Positions 37,701 through 51,784 of a stretch of DNA of 64,000 nucleotides are shown one piece after another. The notes under the pieces were generated by a model. It made no database searches. It was given only the letters and a program-made list of their open reading frames with translations, and was not told the origin of the DNA. The stretch covers positions 1-64,000 of the forward strand of contig MQRK01229233.1 in NCBI GenBank assembly GCA_001938485.1. Reading direction: 5' to 3'. This DNA is from Girardia tigrina. Taxonomy: Eukaryota. Every line of letters starts with the position of its first letter. Positions within the stretch are counted from its first letter, which is position 1. The translations under genes were made by a program, and so were the position numbers.

Positions 37701-39356
37701 GTGATTTCGTTTTATCATTTTTTTATGTTTTTGGTATTTCTTAATTTTTTTAGGTGCTAAAAATGTTATAAAGAATTTTAAAACTTAAATATTTGGAAGT
37801 CTATTTTCCTTTTTGTTGCATATTTACTTTTTCCTAGAATGTTTTTTCATCGATATTATCAAATAATTAAGTTTGACTCATGTAACAAGTTTTGATTATA
37901 AGATGTGTGAAATATTTTGATTTCATGAAAGTTTTATGTTGATAACAGAGGACACTAATTTATATATGATTTAATAATATATTACTGCGTTAGTTTTTTA
38001 ATACATTTAACCGTACATTTTTTAGAACACAATAATTAGTTACGAGGTTATTCAAAATTATAATAGCATAAAATGAATCCATTACCTTAAAATAAAAGTA
38101 ATCAATATCCAAGAAATTATACAATTCGGTAGTTTAGATGTCTTCAGATGAATCCGGACCAGAGTTCCATTTTAAAATTCTAAAAAAACTTGTCCATAAA
38201 AACAACAGGTTCAGAAAATGAACCAGTCATTGATACTGCGATATCATGCAATAACTCATATATCCGACATGAACTCTCTGATAAAGTAAATAAACAACAT
38301 TTAGTCGAGTTACTCTCTGCCAAAAAATTACAAAAATAAAAGTAACAAGAAAAACACTTAATAATTCAATTGAAAGAAACAGTAAAATAAAAATCATTGA
38401 TTGAGCAATTTATGCTACAAACATTTCCATGGTCGCTTTCGACAATTTTATATTTCTAGATTAATCTGGTTTTAATCAACACACAATAAGACAATATGGA
38501 TGTTCTTCTATAAATCTAAGGCTTATGTAACTATTCTTGCCAAAAAGAGTATAATTAAAAATGTGCGTGATTTCGAAACTAGGAGTAGAAAGTTTTATTG
38601 AGTTTCTTTTGTTCAAATTAATTCCATATTTTCCAAAGCACTCTAAATATGATCACAACAATGATTAATTAAAAATTTAACCTTTTAGAAAATTCAACAG
38701 TTGTTATTCATGTAAAATATTGCAGTTAAAGTTCTGGTTTAATATTCGCCAGAGCTCAATACAACTGAAATTTGTTTTCTAAATATGATTCAATCAACAT
38801 GTAATAACTTCAAATCCCAATATTTAGATTGTACGTAGTTCGATCGTAAACCTAAGACTCGGTAAGAAATAAAAAATCACAATATTCTAACGACTTTTAT
38901 TTTGAACGATATTTATTACTAGTACGAAAAAAGCATGTTTTAATTGATAACTTTTGCTTAGTTTAGTTTGCAACATTTAAAAGAAAATGAACAATGTGAA
39001 GTACCGCCGCGTCATTAAATTTTAATATGAACCTGAAAATTTTTTTAGACAAAACCATGAAGAGACATGAAACAATTTTATGATGATAACTGTCCCGCCC
39101 GATTTGATTCAAATCACCTTCAACTGCATGGTGACTAACTTTGAATTTTCCTCCCTAACTCGGACTGCCTGAGACTAGTCAGCTTCGTCACACTGCATTA
39201 TTGTAGGTCAATTGGTTTATGGTCCATCTTCAATAGTTCTGGAACCAACGTTGTACAGTGATTTTGTCAACACTATGGACACTTCAAAAAGCGTTAATTT
39301 TAAGATCCCTCCCTATAGCGCTTTGGCCTAGTTTGAAAATTGTCTGAAAGTGCTCC

Positions 39357-39900
39357 TGTGATATTGTGATACATTAAAAAATATGGATGTATTTTTGTTT
39401 AAATAATATCTATTATAAAAGTATATTTTTGTTTAAAAATAAATTTTACAGATTTGTTATTCGTTGTTACAAGCTAAGCGGTCATGATAGGCATTTTAAA
39501 AATTATACTCGATAATTTGGAAAAATTTAATGGAAACGGCAGTTTTGAAATTTCGATGAAAAAGTTTAAGATGATTATGAAAATTCAGGGGATTTTGGAT
39601 CCAGTCCCATATCTTCCTTTCTTGTTGACGGGTGTTCCGTTAAATATGTGTATGGAATTGGACGAAAAGAAACAAAGAAACTGTGAAGAAGTATTGCAAA
39701 TCTTGAATAATTCATTCGGGTTAACCAGACGATCTGCGTACAGCCAACTGATTAATTTGAAATGTTACCAAGGACTAAGGACGATTACGTTTCCAAAGTA
39801 AAGAATCTGGTGTCAAAAATCGACTATCACAAGACAATCAAGAGAATTGCATCTAGATCGAATATCAGTATCATGAAAGCCTTATGGTTGTAAAACAATA
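39357..39900 (+). mobile_element. Decayed Gypsy-like 5' end (possible short LTR 39357-39471 and gag N-terminus 39484-39801)
   Basis: TG...CA segment followed by gag-like LEKFNG.GSF...LPFLLTG...SFG. Confidence 0.6.
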
Positions 39901-40562
39901 CACTGTCAAACGGAAAGGAGACACCTAGTTCAGCACTTTAAAACTACGTTCCAGTCGGTTTGGATATAATCGATAGAATTGAAAGGGACTGGTTTGCAAT
40001 AAGGTAAAGACCGACTTCGTAGAGCAGCAGTTAGTCTGGGTAAAGCCTGAAAATAGTATGCCATGTACTAAGCAATGGGTAAATTGGATCAAAGAAAGCA
40101 CCTAATAAATTGTGATGGTTTTTGTGGTTCACGGCATATAGCAAATATTCAATCAAGACAACCAGACCTGTCGCGACACTCTTACTCGAATTACATGTTG
40201 GACAATGGCAACAAATCAGCCTCGAGTATGAAGCAAAGTAATGTGCTTCATGTGTATTTTAAATCGAATTCCCGAGGTACCGCACTCTCTTTGTAATATG
40301 TAGCAAATGTTCGGGTGAATGTAGTGCGGTTAGGCATAACCACGATGAGGACGATTAAAAGAAAAACATATTTTGTTGGTGGTCATAACATTTTGTCCCC
40401 TTTTGTAACTGTTCGCATTCTTATGAAAATAAAAAAAAATAAAAAAAAATAATAAAGTGATAGTCATATATTTTTCTATCAAATTATTAAAATAATTTAA
40501 AATAATTTTTTATTTTGGTAAAATTAAAAAAATGTTTATTAAAAGAAAAAACAAAAGATAAG

Positions 40563-41703
40563 GGATCATATTAAAAGTATGTCCATAAAATTACACAAAA
40601 AAAGTACGCACCTAAAATTACACAACTAAAAAGTATGCCCCCGTGTAATAAATACAATAAAAACACAATACAAAATTATGAAATTTATTCATCATTAAAG
40701 TAATTTTTCAATAAATTCATCAATTTTTCAAAAGAATCTCCAGAAATGTTGTTTCGCCACATAAACTCATTAAGGTAATCCTGCAAAAATTCTTTTTTGA
40801 CTCCTTTCATTTTCTTGCACAGTGTTTTGTTTTTATTCCAATAAGATTCAACATTTTGTGTGTGAGTCCCGGTTCTAGGATCTACAAAATTAATCGAATG
40901 ATTAACTGTACCATGATCAAATCCTAGAGCATTTAAATTGGAATATGCTCTCCATTCATCACTGTGAATAGTTGTACCAGGCAATAATACTTCACAGATA
41001 ATGGGTTTCAAAATAGCCGCAGATCTGTTTGGAACCACTCGCATAATATCTCTCGCCGGAGTAAAAGATGTATCTACGATACCAAATACCAATACCTGAT
41101 GGTTAGCAACTCAGCCACGATGATATTTTTGTTTGTGAAAAAAAGACTTTCATCGATTTGACAGATTACATTTTCGCCGCCCAGTCTTACAGGATTAGCT
41201 TCAAAATATTCAAAAATGCATTTTCTTATGGTTTTGAATATTTTAATAATGGTGGGCGTTGATACAGTCAAAGACCGTTGAATCGCAACAATTGATTCTT
41301 CATTACTCCATATGTAGAGCAAGTCTATCCATGTTTGAAGATTGATTCTGGAAATGCCCAAAAAAGAATTAGTTCTAATTGATGAAGTTGTTTTGTAATT
41401 TGAACACCCTTTTTTGGCATTTCAAGACATATTGGTCTATAACACTTTGCTTAGCTGTCCTGGTCATTACCTCGCCGCAACTGCCACACTTCACGTACTA
41501 AGTGACATGATCCAAAAAATATTTATGAACATTAAAATAAATAAGATGTATTTATAATGAGATATAATTACACAACTAAAAAGTACGCCCATAAAATTAC
41601 ACAACTGAAAAGTACGCCCCTAAAATTACACAACTAAAAAGTACGCCCCTAAAATTACACAACTAAAAAATATGCCCCTAGGGGCATATTTTTAACAAGA
41701 TCC
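40563..41703 (-). mobile_element. Merlin (IS1595/ISXO2-like) transposon, frameshifted
   Basis: TIRs GGATCATATTAAAA / TTTTAACAAGATCC; perfect 8-bp TSD AAGATAAG; QIDES, HSDEWRAY, VNHS, HTQNVESYW motifs. Confidence 0.95.
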
Positions 41704-41734
41704 AAGATAAGCCATTTCAAAATATATATTTAAT

Positions 41735-41778
41735 AATAATATATTTCCACGGTTTTACCATCATCTTCATATCACTGA
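41735..41778 (-). ncRNA. Degenerate hammerhead remnant of a PLE 3' end
   Basis: AUGAAGA-U-GAUGG..CCGUG-GAAAUAUAUU; first core C mutated. Confidence 0.5.
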
Positions 41779-44700
41779 TTTCGCTTTTTTATTGCTAATA
41801 TATATGATTTTTTTGTTTTATAAAAAAAATTGCCATTGTTTTTTAAATTTCTTCATAAAAGAAAAAACATTTTAGTTTTTTTTAATTTGAAACATTTAAA
41901 ATTTTTAACAAATTATCCTTTAATATTTGAATTACAAGTTTCTTCAAACAGTTTGAAATATATTATTTTTTCTGTTTAATAAAAACAAATTAATAAACTT
42001 TTCATATAATTTACATTTTTTTCTCTATGCAAATATTTTATTTAAGAGAAAGTATTTAAGATGCAAATATTTATCATTTGTATATTGAAATTGTGTCGTA
42101 CAAGATTGTCGAATCTGTTAATAATTGATAACGTCTTTTTATGAAAATTTATGTAAAATAATTATTTGTTAAAATTCAAATTTAAATTTTAAAATTATTT
42201 GATAAATTTCTATTGAGAATTATTTTTAGTGTTGTTCGGGAAAAAATCCATCTTTGGAATAAAAATCTTTAACAAACAATATGTTATTTGGAGACAACTG
42301 TAGACGGATCGATATTATAATATACTATTGGCTTCAGAAATCATATGAAACATAATTTTCTTTTTTAATATATTTTGTAATTTTTTTATTTGAAGATTTT
42401 TTAATAAAATATTTAACAATTTTCAGTAATTATTTTAAATTTATTTATTTTGCAATTCAGTTACCAATGAACCTAGTTTAAACTATAACAAAAAAACAAA
42501 TAAAAGTTAATTATACAAGTAGATTTTTTAATTATAAATACTTACAGAGGAATTAAAAAAGAATATTCGGTTATGCATAAACAAGTAAAACCTTTATAGA
42601 AATGTTCTGATAATAAGAAATAGTTATTTTGTATATAACGATTTAGTTTTGGTGAATTTCGTGACTCTCGAATCTTGAATGATTTGATCAATATAATGTA
42701 GTTGGCTAAGGCATATACTCTTGAATATATTTATTATATAGATAGGTTGTTGGTAATTAATCCAATGTCAATTTTTTGTAGCAATAGAAGAATGGTTATG
42801 TGTAAATTGAATTAAGATGGAAATGAATATAAGATTATCCGTTGATTAGATAACTTTTAGATGTTTCTTTGAGTTTTGAGAAATACACGATGATTTGAAT
42901 GATTTGTTACTTGAGAATTCAGTTACTTAAATTAGTAAGGCAAATATTTAATTTTATATTTTCATTGATATTTTTTTACAAGCTTTCAATATTAATTCTA
43001 ATTATTATTTTTAATACTAATTATTTTATTGAGGGGGGGAGATAAAATAATTCTTTCCATTCTGACGTGGGGAATGATCCTCTAATCTTTTCCTTTGCTT
43101 TCTTATTTCACTTTGTTTTCTTTTACTTTAATTTCTTTGACTTTCTTTTCTATCATTCTCGTTGTCTTCTTCCTCGTACATCAAATGACGCCAGACAATA
43201 AAAATAAACAATAATAATAATACACAAAAAATATCACCATCCAAACACAATATTTAACAAATAAAAAGACAGAAAGGATTTAACAAATACTATTTAAAAT
43301 TATTATAATTATCAGCACATTGTGATGTAATACTTCGAAGTTCTACTAGAGCAACTGACAGATTCTTAACAGAATATTAAAAAGTCAATACATGATTATT
43401 TAAATTTTAAAACTATAAAATAATTGATCAATTTTTCGTTGGTTAAAAACATTTATTTATGGTCGTAAATCTTGTTTACCCATCACCAATCGTCAACAAT
43501 AAAAAATATAAATATAGTTTTTATATCTCAACGGATGCGTTCGGTATTTCATCTTCCTGTAAAAATTAAAAATAATTAATATAAATACTTGTATTAGTGA
43601 TGCCAAATTTGCATATACGAAAGCAATTTTTAAAAAATTGTAATCATAGTTTGTATTCTGTTCTGTATTTGCTCAAACGAATCATATTAAATATGTTGAT
43701 GCGTCGTTGGTTTTTCGAAACTAACTTTCAAGATTTAATTCACGTACAAATTAAATCTTTGTTACTGTTATTAAATTAATCAAAATATGGCGCGTTAATT
43801 ATATTCTTATAATATTTTATTTTAAACTCAAAATAATCAGCTGAATATAATTTTTCTACGGTTTCAAAAATGAACCTAATTTAATGAAAATATTTTGTTT
43901 AATATACATATATTTTTCCATTATAATACAGTCGGTTTAAGTCTAAAAAAAATCAAGAACTTTAGATAAAAGAATAAATAAGTAAACCCTGATTTAAAAG
44001 ATAAAACAAATTTCTTTTTAAACTATTGGATCAGGAATTTTTATAGTTTTATTTTTCTGAACTAAATTTTGAAAGCTGTACTGAGTTATATCAGATAATT
44101 TTTTATGTTTATAATAATTTACCATATGTATATAATTTGCGTTCCAATTTTTTGAAAAAATATTTTAAAAAATAAATCTCATAAAATGAAAAAAAATCCC
44201 AGGTTTTTTTTAATCCCAAGATATAGATAAAAGGGCTAATTATACTTGCCAAAATATAATAAATTAATTATTTATTCAAATTATAGTATTTATTTTTTTC
44301 ACTAATGTTATGCTCAGTTTGATATAACAGAAATCTATTAAATTATAGTTATAATGTAATGATTGAAGTATGTTGAAAATGAACCATACCTATAAATTAG
44401 AATCACTTAATTGAATATTGCTGTTGTCTTAGACGTTTTTAAAAAAAAAGGATTTCAAATCTGTTTAGATGATATCTAATGGCTTTCGATTTACAAGGTC
44501 TTACCCATGAACCTTCAACTCACTGTTCGATCACAAACGATTTAATAGCTGAAAGTTAATTAGTTTAGTTCGACAACTAAATCGAACTGTAAAGGCAACT
44601 TGATATTCAATGACTGAGAATTTAAAATTGCCTTTACAATTATATGAGGACGATAAATAAAAAGACTAAAACAATGAACAAAATAATTATTCAACTAACA

Positions 44701-45399
44701 GAAGGATTCCAAAAAAAAGGTATTTGAGTCGATCACAGTAAAAGGAAGAAAAGGTCAAATGGAAAAGTCTATATACAACGTTACTTTGGTTCAAATAGTA
44801 TCTTTCGTCAAGTATTCTTCAGTTTCTGATAGATTTTCTTTCAAGTTGTTTCGCAACGTCTCAAAAATATGATTTTCCTGAATCGTATATCTTTCTGATT
44901 CTCCTGGCAATAATGAACTGAAAATTTTGGTTTGGATAGTAATTGTTCCACAAGGTCGTAATATATAATTTTCTTGGATTGTTTCTTTTGTTTTGGTAAC
45001 CAATTAATATTTTTAATTTTTGGTTCAATATTTGTTATTGATTTTTTAATTATATATATTATTCTTGGCAATTAATTATATAAATAAATAATTAATTATT
45101 ATGTTTCTTCTGTCCTCTGTTCTTTTCCTTTTTTTTATCAACAATAATTTTTTCTTCTTTTTTTTCTCTTCTTTTTTTATGACTCAATCTTTTACATAGA
45201 TTAATAAAAAAATATTATAAAATAAAAGTACACATTGATGAAAGACACTGACAAAAGAAACACACAAAAGAAAGGAAAGGGCAGAACTAGAGTAGGGTAC
45301 CACATAAGCCCCCCTGTTATAAGTGGAACGTTTAAAAAAACTTGTTGCCCTGTCTATGTCTGTTTGTGTTTATTCTTGTCTATGTCGATCTTTGTTAAA

Positions 45400-46789
45400 T
45401 TAGTTTGGACAAAATCGTGGTTTGATTTTGTTTCTTAGCTCTCTGTCTAACAGTACGAAATCTATTTCATTTGGGTCTTTTTTTGTGCAGAATGTTATTC
45501 TTTTTTGGTTTACTGTAACTTCTTTATTATCAATGTTTAATGTGAATGATTTCTTCTCATGATCGATTATTTTGTATGGACCTTCAAAAATGTCTTTTTC
45601 GTTGTTTTTTACTAAGGCGAAAAAATCTTTGAGGCTTAGATCTTGTGAATTATATTTTTCTTCTTCGGTCTCAGTCTCGGTCATTTCGTCTAATGTATTA
45701 AAGTCTTTAATTGCATTTATTTCTATGTATGCTTTGTTGTTTGTATTGTCTTTTACTTCTTCGATTGTCGTATTAACTGTTTCATTTACTGTTGTTTGTT
45801 TTGTGTTTGAATTATCAGTCTGTACTGATTCCGATTCTGTTTTTGGTGTATATTGAGTTGATTTGTTTGTTGATGAGACCTCTTTTTGGGTTGATTTTTC
45901 AATCTTTGGTAAGGTGATTATTGTTTTCGTCTGAGTTGATTCAGATTCAAGTAACTTAGTTGTGTTTTTGGTTTGTGTTTGGTCATCTTTTGATTTATTG
46001 TTTGTAATAGGGTTGAATTGTTTTTCTTTCTTAAGATTGCATTCTGATGTTTGAGTTTCAATATCTTGTCTACAATGTCTTAGTTTGCCTTTTATTTTTT
46101 TTCTTGTTCATTTTTGATTTGTGAGCAGTTATTTTGTTTAATTATATGATCATTTAGTGTGAGTATTTGTCTTTGTATATATTTTCCTGAATTATGGAAT
46201 GTCCGTGTTTTATATGTTTTATTAGTTTTGTGGTATGAATTGGTTGTGTTTGTTCTGTTCTGTAAGTTGATTGTGTTTGTTTTGATGTGTTGGTTTGTTG
46301 TGTATTGTTTGTTGAATAGATTTATTGTGTTTGATTGGTATGTTTTAAAGTTTTTAAAATTTATTTCTCTTTTGTTTAATATGTTTATTGTGCCTATTCT
46401 GTTTGATTTTGTGCTGTCTAAATCGATGTCTGCTTTGCTGTCCAGGTTATATATTTTTTGTTTCTGCAGTCGACTAAGAAATTATGAAGGGCTAAAAAAT
46501 CTGCTCCAAGTATAGGATTGCTGACATCAGCAATGGTAAAAGACCAATTGTATGTTTTATTTCCAATGTCGAATTTTAGGTTGTGTTCTCTGAAAGTTTT
46601 GATTGTGCTGCCATTTGCTGCGTATAGAAATTTGTGTGAGTGATTTGTAGGACAAGAAGAAAACGAATTAACAGGTAAAATTGAAATTATTGAACCAGTG
46701 TCAACAAGGAAACTATATTTACAATTATTTGGTTGCACCTTGAAAATTGTATGGATGTTACCTAATCTAGGTGCCTGATTAGATAACAC
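45400..46789 (-). CDS. Pol-like frame: aspartic protease + N/T/K-rich linker + TQT-motif array + integrase C-terminal (GPY) tail; broken only at two A-runs
   Basis: FLVDTGS, ILGADFL; manual translation open across ~46455-46095 and ~46095-45400; FEGPYKII. Confidence 0.75.
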
Positions 46790-47771
46790 TAATGGTTTAA
46801 CGTTTTGAAATTACAGGGTTCTTGGCAACGGTATGCTTTGTTTCCATATTTCTCGTGTTACCAGCATAATCCGATTTTGTTTTGTTTTGATTTGGTGTTT
46901 GTGTTTGCTCTTCTGTTTGTTGTTCTCTGATTATTGTTTGTTTTGCTTGATGCTAATTCTAGGTTGTTTAATCTTTTTTCTAGGGTTTTGAATTGTGTAT
47001 TGAAATTTTCTAGTTGTTTGTTAATTTCTGTTAAAATATTTTGGTTCTCGTTGATTTTACTTTTGTTGTGGATGTGGTTGACCTCCAGGTTTGTCTCTGC
47101 GTGAATTCTGTCTGCGAGTGTTGCTAGCTCTTCTCCTGAGTCTGTTGTTGCTGTTGCTAATTGAATTCTTATGTTGTCCGGTAACGATCTTAGAAAAAAT
47201 GTTTTTGAGAATTCTGAATTTTTTTCTATTTTATTAAGTTTTTGTTTCAGGCTTCTGTAAATTTCAGAGAGTTTCCAGTCACCTAAAGATGTATCTTCAA
47301 TACAACTCTTTAGGATATTTCTGCTGGTGTTTGTAAATTTTTCATTTAGTGTTTTCCTTAAAAGGTCGAGTGGGTTCTTTGATTTTTTTTTAATTGTTCA
47401 ATTTCGTTCGTTATTTGTTTAATTATTTTTACTGGTAACTTCATTATGATTGCACAGCTGATTTCCTGTTCTTCGTGGACGTTCTCTAGGTGTGCTAAAT
47501 TGACCGCTGTGTTGAACCATGTAATGGGGGTGTTGTTGTCATTGTTATTTGTATCATTGTGCATGTTGAATTTGTTTTGTGGTTTTGGTGTTTCTTGATT
47601 ATTTGATTTGTATGGGCTTGATTTTGTGTTTGTTGTATTTGTTTTTTTGTATTTTCTTGACCTGAGCATTGTTATTGTGTATAATGTGTTATGTGTGGGT
47701 GTGTATTGTTGTGTTGTGTTATGAGTTTGTGTAGTGATTGTTGTGAGGCGTGCTTCGTTTTGTTCTGACAC
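46790..47771 (-). CDS. gag with CHCC motif (one A-run frameshift ~47385, one stop in the CHCC motif)
   Basis: LGDWKLSE...FFLRSLPDNIRIQLA...LATLADRI; CW*HEKYGNKAYRCQEPC. Confidence 0.85.
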
Positions 47772-50715
47772 CAGTTTGTAAAGGCAACTTGATATTCAAG
47801 GACTGAGAATTTAAAATTGCCTTTACAATTATATGAGGACGATAAATAAAAAGACTAAAACAATGAACAAAATAATTATTCAACTAACAGAAGGATTCCA
47901 AAAAAAGGTATTTGAGTCGATCACAGTAAAAGGAAGAAAAGGTCAAATGGAAAAGTCTATATACAACGTTACTTTGGTTCAAATAGTATCTTTCGTCAAG
48001 TATTCTTCAGTTTCTGATAGATTTTCTTTCAAGTTGTTTCGCAACTTCGCAAAAATATGATTTTCCTGAATCGTATATCTTTCTGATTCTCCTGGAAATA
48101 ATGAACTGAAAATTTTGGTTTGGATAGTAATTGTTCCACAAGGTCGTAATATATAATTTTCTTGGATTGTATCTTTTGTTTTGGTAACCAATTAATATTT
48201 TTAATTTTTGGTTCAATATTTGTTATTGATTTTTTAATTATATATATTATTCTTGGCAATTAATTATATAAATAAATAATTAATTATTATGTTTCTTCTG
48301 TCCTCTGTTCTTTTCCTTTTTTTTATCAACAATAATTTTTTCTTCTTTTTTTTCTCTTCTTTTTTTATGACTCAATCTTTTACATAGATTAATAAAAAAA
48401 TATTATAAAATAAAAGTACACATTGATGAAAGACACTGACAAAAGAAACACACAAAAGAAAGGAAAGGCCAGAACTAGAGTAGGGTACTACACTAACCAT
48501 AAACAAATTATTTAGTCGAAAAATTCAAGAGTTGAAACATCTAGGGATCATGTAATTTATTAAATGTGAACCATAAATAATACATAAAATAATGTATGTA
48601 GTATTACGCATAATTAAATTGAATATATTCCGCAAACTTAACATTTCATTATTATTCTAATGGTTGATTAAATTAAATGGTTATTATTAAATGGTCTTTA
48701 ATTTATTCAAGAAAATAATGTGATGTAAAAATGGAAAAGGAAATCTGGTTTAATAAAATATTTTATCAAAAATAAATTCTGTTATCCAATATTTGGACTT
48801 GTATAAAAATTACTAACCTTTGTAGGTTATTTAGTCTTCATTTCTTATCTGAAAACTTTGGTTACAGATGTAAAAAGGAATGAATTATGTAAAATCATCT
48901 TGCTAAGAACAATTGATTATAATTTTTTTATTTTGGTTTAACATGTAATTACATATTTTTACATACCTATATATTTAATAGTATATGGTCATGATAATAG
49001 TTCAAATGATCAAATAAAATCATCGATAGTATCATTTTATACATTTTTGTACTTGAGAGAAAGGTACTCATCCAATCAAAATATACATTAGAATATCTCA
49101 CAAATTTGTAAGCAATAGATTTTTAATTGCAAATAAGGTAAGATAATTTTTCACACATTCTAAGCATATCAATACCCACTGAAGAGTTTCCAAAGTCTGT
49201 TGAACAGTAGAGATGAAGATATAATTTTAATCAAAATATTAATGAATATTTTCTTTATTGTTGATATCACATTCAGCAGATGACAATCTTTTTATAGTCC
49301 CAAAGGTTTAAGAAAAACTTAATTTTAATTAATATTTTTCCCAATATTTTTACGATCTGAAAGTAGTTCAAACATTAAACTTGATGTAAAATATTCTAAA
49401 ACAATTTTGGAAAAAACGTTTTGTATGAATAAAAACATATTTTTTCTTAATTTTAACACGCAAGACTTTACCGGACAACAAACAGTTAGATATGTTTTGA
49501 AAGAAAAATTATCTCTACGCCCTTATTACCCTCTATTAATAACTAAAAACTATGTTGAGTAAAGATATAATCGATTTTAACTTAATTTTAATAAGATAAT
49601 TTGTAGGTTTAAATGAAATTTTTTAAAACGTAATAAAAAGTGTTTTTAAAGATTTAATGTTATTTAAATTTAAGTAAAATAAAAATAACGTCAGCAATCG
49701 CAACGATAACCGCAACAGCATTGACATTATTATTATTAAAATTAATATTAATAATTGTGATTAAATAAATAATATAATAATAAGGAAATAACATTAATAA
49801 ATAATTCTTTGAAATATTGACAATAGTTTGATAGCAAAATTTAATTTTCAGAATTTACTAATTTGTATTATAATTTCCCTTACAAATTGAATTAGATTTC
49901 TTGCTCTAATTACAACGCTAAAATAATTTACATAATGTATATAATCACTTCAAGATGACTATAATTTTTGTTTTTATATTAATATATAAAATATATTAAA
50001 TATTTTGAATATTGTTTAAGAAAAGTAAAATTATTTCTTTTATATTTTTTGAGTATTAAAAGAACTTTGATTATATAAAAAATAATTAGATAATATTTTA
50101 TTTTAATTATTATAAGCATTTCATTCAAAATATTTTCAATGATTTCGGTAATTCCGTCAAATTTTATTATTGAAATAACATTTTATTTTATATGACATTT
50201 ACTTGTTTTTAGAAAATTATTTTTTCTTCAGAAATCCTAATTTACGAAATAATCTAATTGAAGTATTATTTTAAAGTAAAATGAACGGTAATAAGTTTGC
50301 AGCTTGAAGAATTAAAATTTTTATTTTGTGAAAATTATTTTAAAGAAATTTAAACATACTGTTTGTAGTTTTTTATTTTATTTTTATTTAGTGATTCTTA
50401 GTAAGTTAAAACTAATAATAAATATTTTTATTTAACTTTGTTAGTAAAAATTATTATGAATTATATATTACTATTATTTAGAATTGAACATCAAAGTATT
50501 ATAAAAAGCATAATCTGGATTGAAAATTATATATTATTAATATTTTTTTCCTTTATGAACCATCGAAAATTTGAAACCGATAATAATTACGTAAAAAATT
50601 TTAGTTACGTTTTAGTTAGGTTTTTATTTTTGCCACAGTTGTTTAATTTTGTTGTTAAAAACTGTTTCTTTTCGCTTTTTGCTAGGATGTAGATTTTGAT
50701 GATTTATCAATTTCG

Positions 50716-50990
50716 GATCATATTAAAAATACGTCCCTTAAAATACACATATTATAGATAAACCCCCAAAATTACACATAATTAATATACAGTCCCCGTA
50801 ATTTTACAAATCCAAAAATATGATGTCTGAAAATTACACAATAAAAGATATTTATAAATTAATTTTAACATTAAGAATAAAAATTGTAATGTATAAACTT
50901 TTAATAATGAATTTATTTATTCCAAAAATTTTTTTTATTAATTCCATTAATTTTTCAAAAAACATTTTTGAAGAATGATTCAAAATAAAC
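50716..50990. mobile_element. Decayed Merlin end related to 40563
   Basis: GGATCATATTAAAAATACGTCCC and AAAATTACACA repeats. Confidence 0.65.
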
Positions 50991-51784
50991 GTTGTGTTTT
51001 AATAATTTGAAAGGAACATGGAATAATTAATTCCTTCACTCTTAAATTTTTCAAAAAAAAATAAATAGAATGTTTTTTTACATTTATATTGTTTATATTT
51101 ATTGCAAATTTTATAAATCGAATGCAAAACAATAATAATATTAATAATTAAATATAACCTACTTTATTACGAGTAATATTTTTTTCTCATGTATGTATAA
51201 TGAAGTTTTATTCAACCACTCCTTACCAACTTAAACATCTCTAGTTAACAATAACATTTTAAAAATATCTTTGATTTAAAAAATGTTAAATCAAAGTGTT
51301 CGCAAAAACTCTTTTTAAATGCAACGCAAAAGAAATGCAATTTTTACGCTTTTCTTTTAAATAATTACCTTTATTGTTTTTTAAATTACAATAATTATAA
51401 TTGAAGAGCTAACCAAATCTCGCCTTTTCAAACAGTAAAGATCGCTGTCTTTTTAATTGTTGTTTTTTAAAGAAATTAGTCAAGGTTTCTTTATTAAAAT
51501 ATATCATCAGAAACCCGAATAAATTATGATCATTATTTAACATCTTTACTATTACAAGAATTCAAACCTTTTAAATAAAAATTTTTTTATATCTTTTATT
51601 GTTTTAACATATAAATATATTATGATTTTCATGTGTACAAATCACTATTTAATTCTATGTTGACAAATTTTACGCAATTTTTATTTGTATCATTTAAGTA
51701 AAATAAAGGAATATTCTTTATTTTAATTTATTTATTATAATTTTGTGATTTTTGAGAAAAGTTTATAAATGCATTTTTAATTAG

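Larger units (their letters stand above)
44588..48492 (-). mobile_element. Structurally complete RT-less Gypsy (CsRn1-type) LTR retrotransposon
   Basis: LTRs 44588-45304 and 47777-48492 (TG..CA, about 7 substitutions + 1 indel); PBS TGGTGTCAGAA 47763-47773; G-run PPT ~45309-45316; flanks CGAAC / CTAAC. Confidence 0.95.

Noticed and set aside
38208-38285. Possible internal exon GSENEPVIDTAISC...
   Set aside because: Acceptor lacks a pyrimidine tract and the end phase is incompatible with the 51785 exon
39080-39350. Gypsy RNase H-like remnant on minus (DHKP)
   Set aside because: Too degenerate to support without an alignment
44791-45071. Duplicated small ORFs (also 47979-48259)
   Set aside because: Lie within the two LTRs; no recognisable motifs
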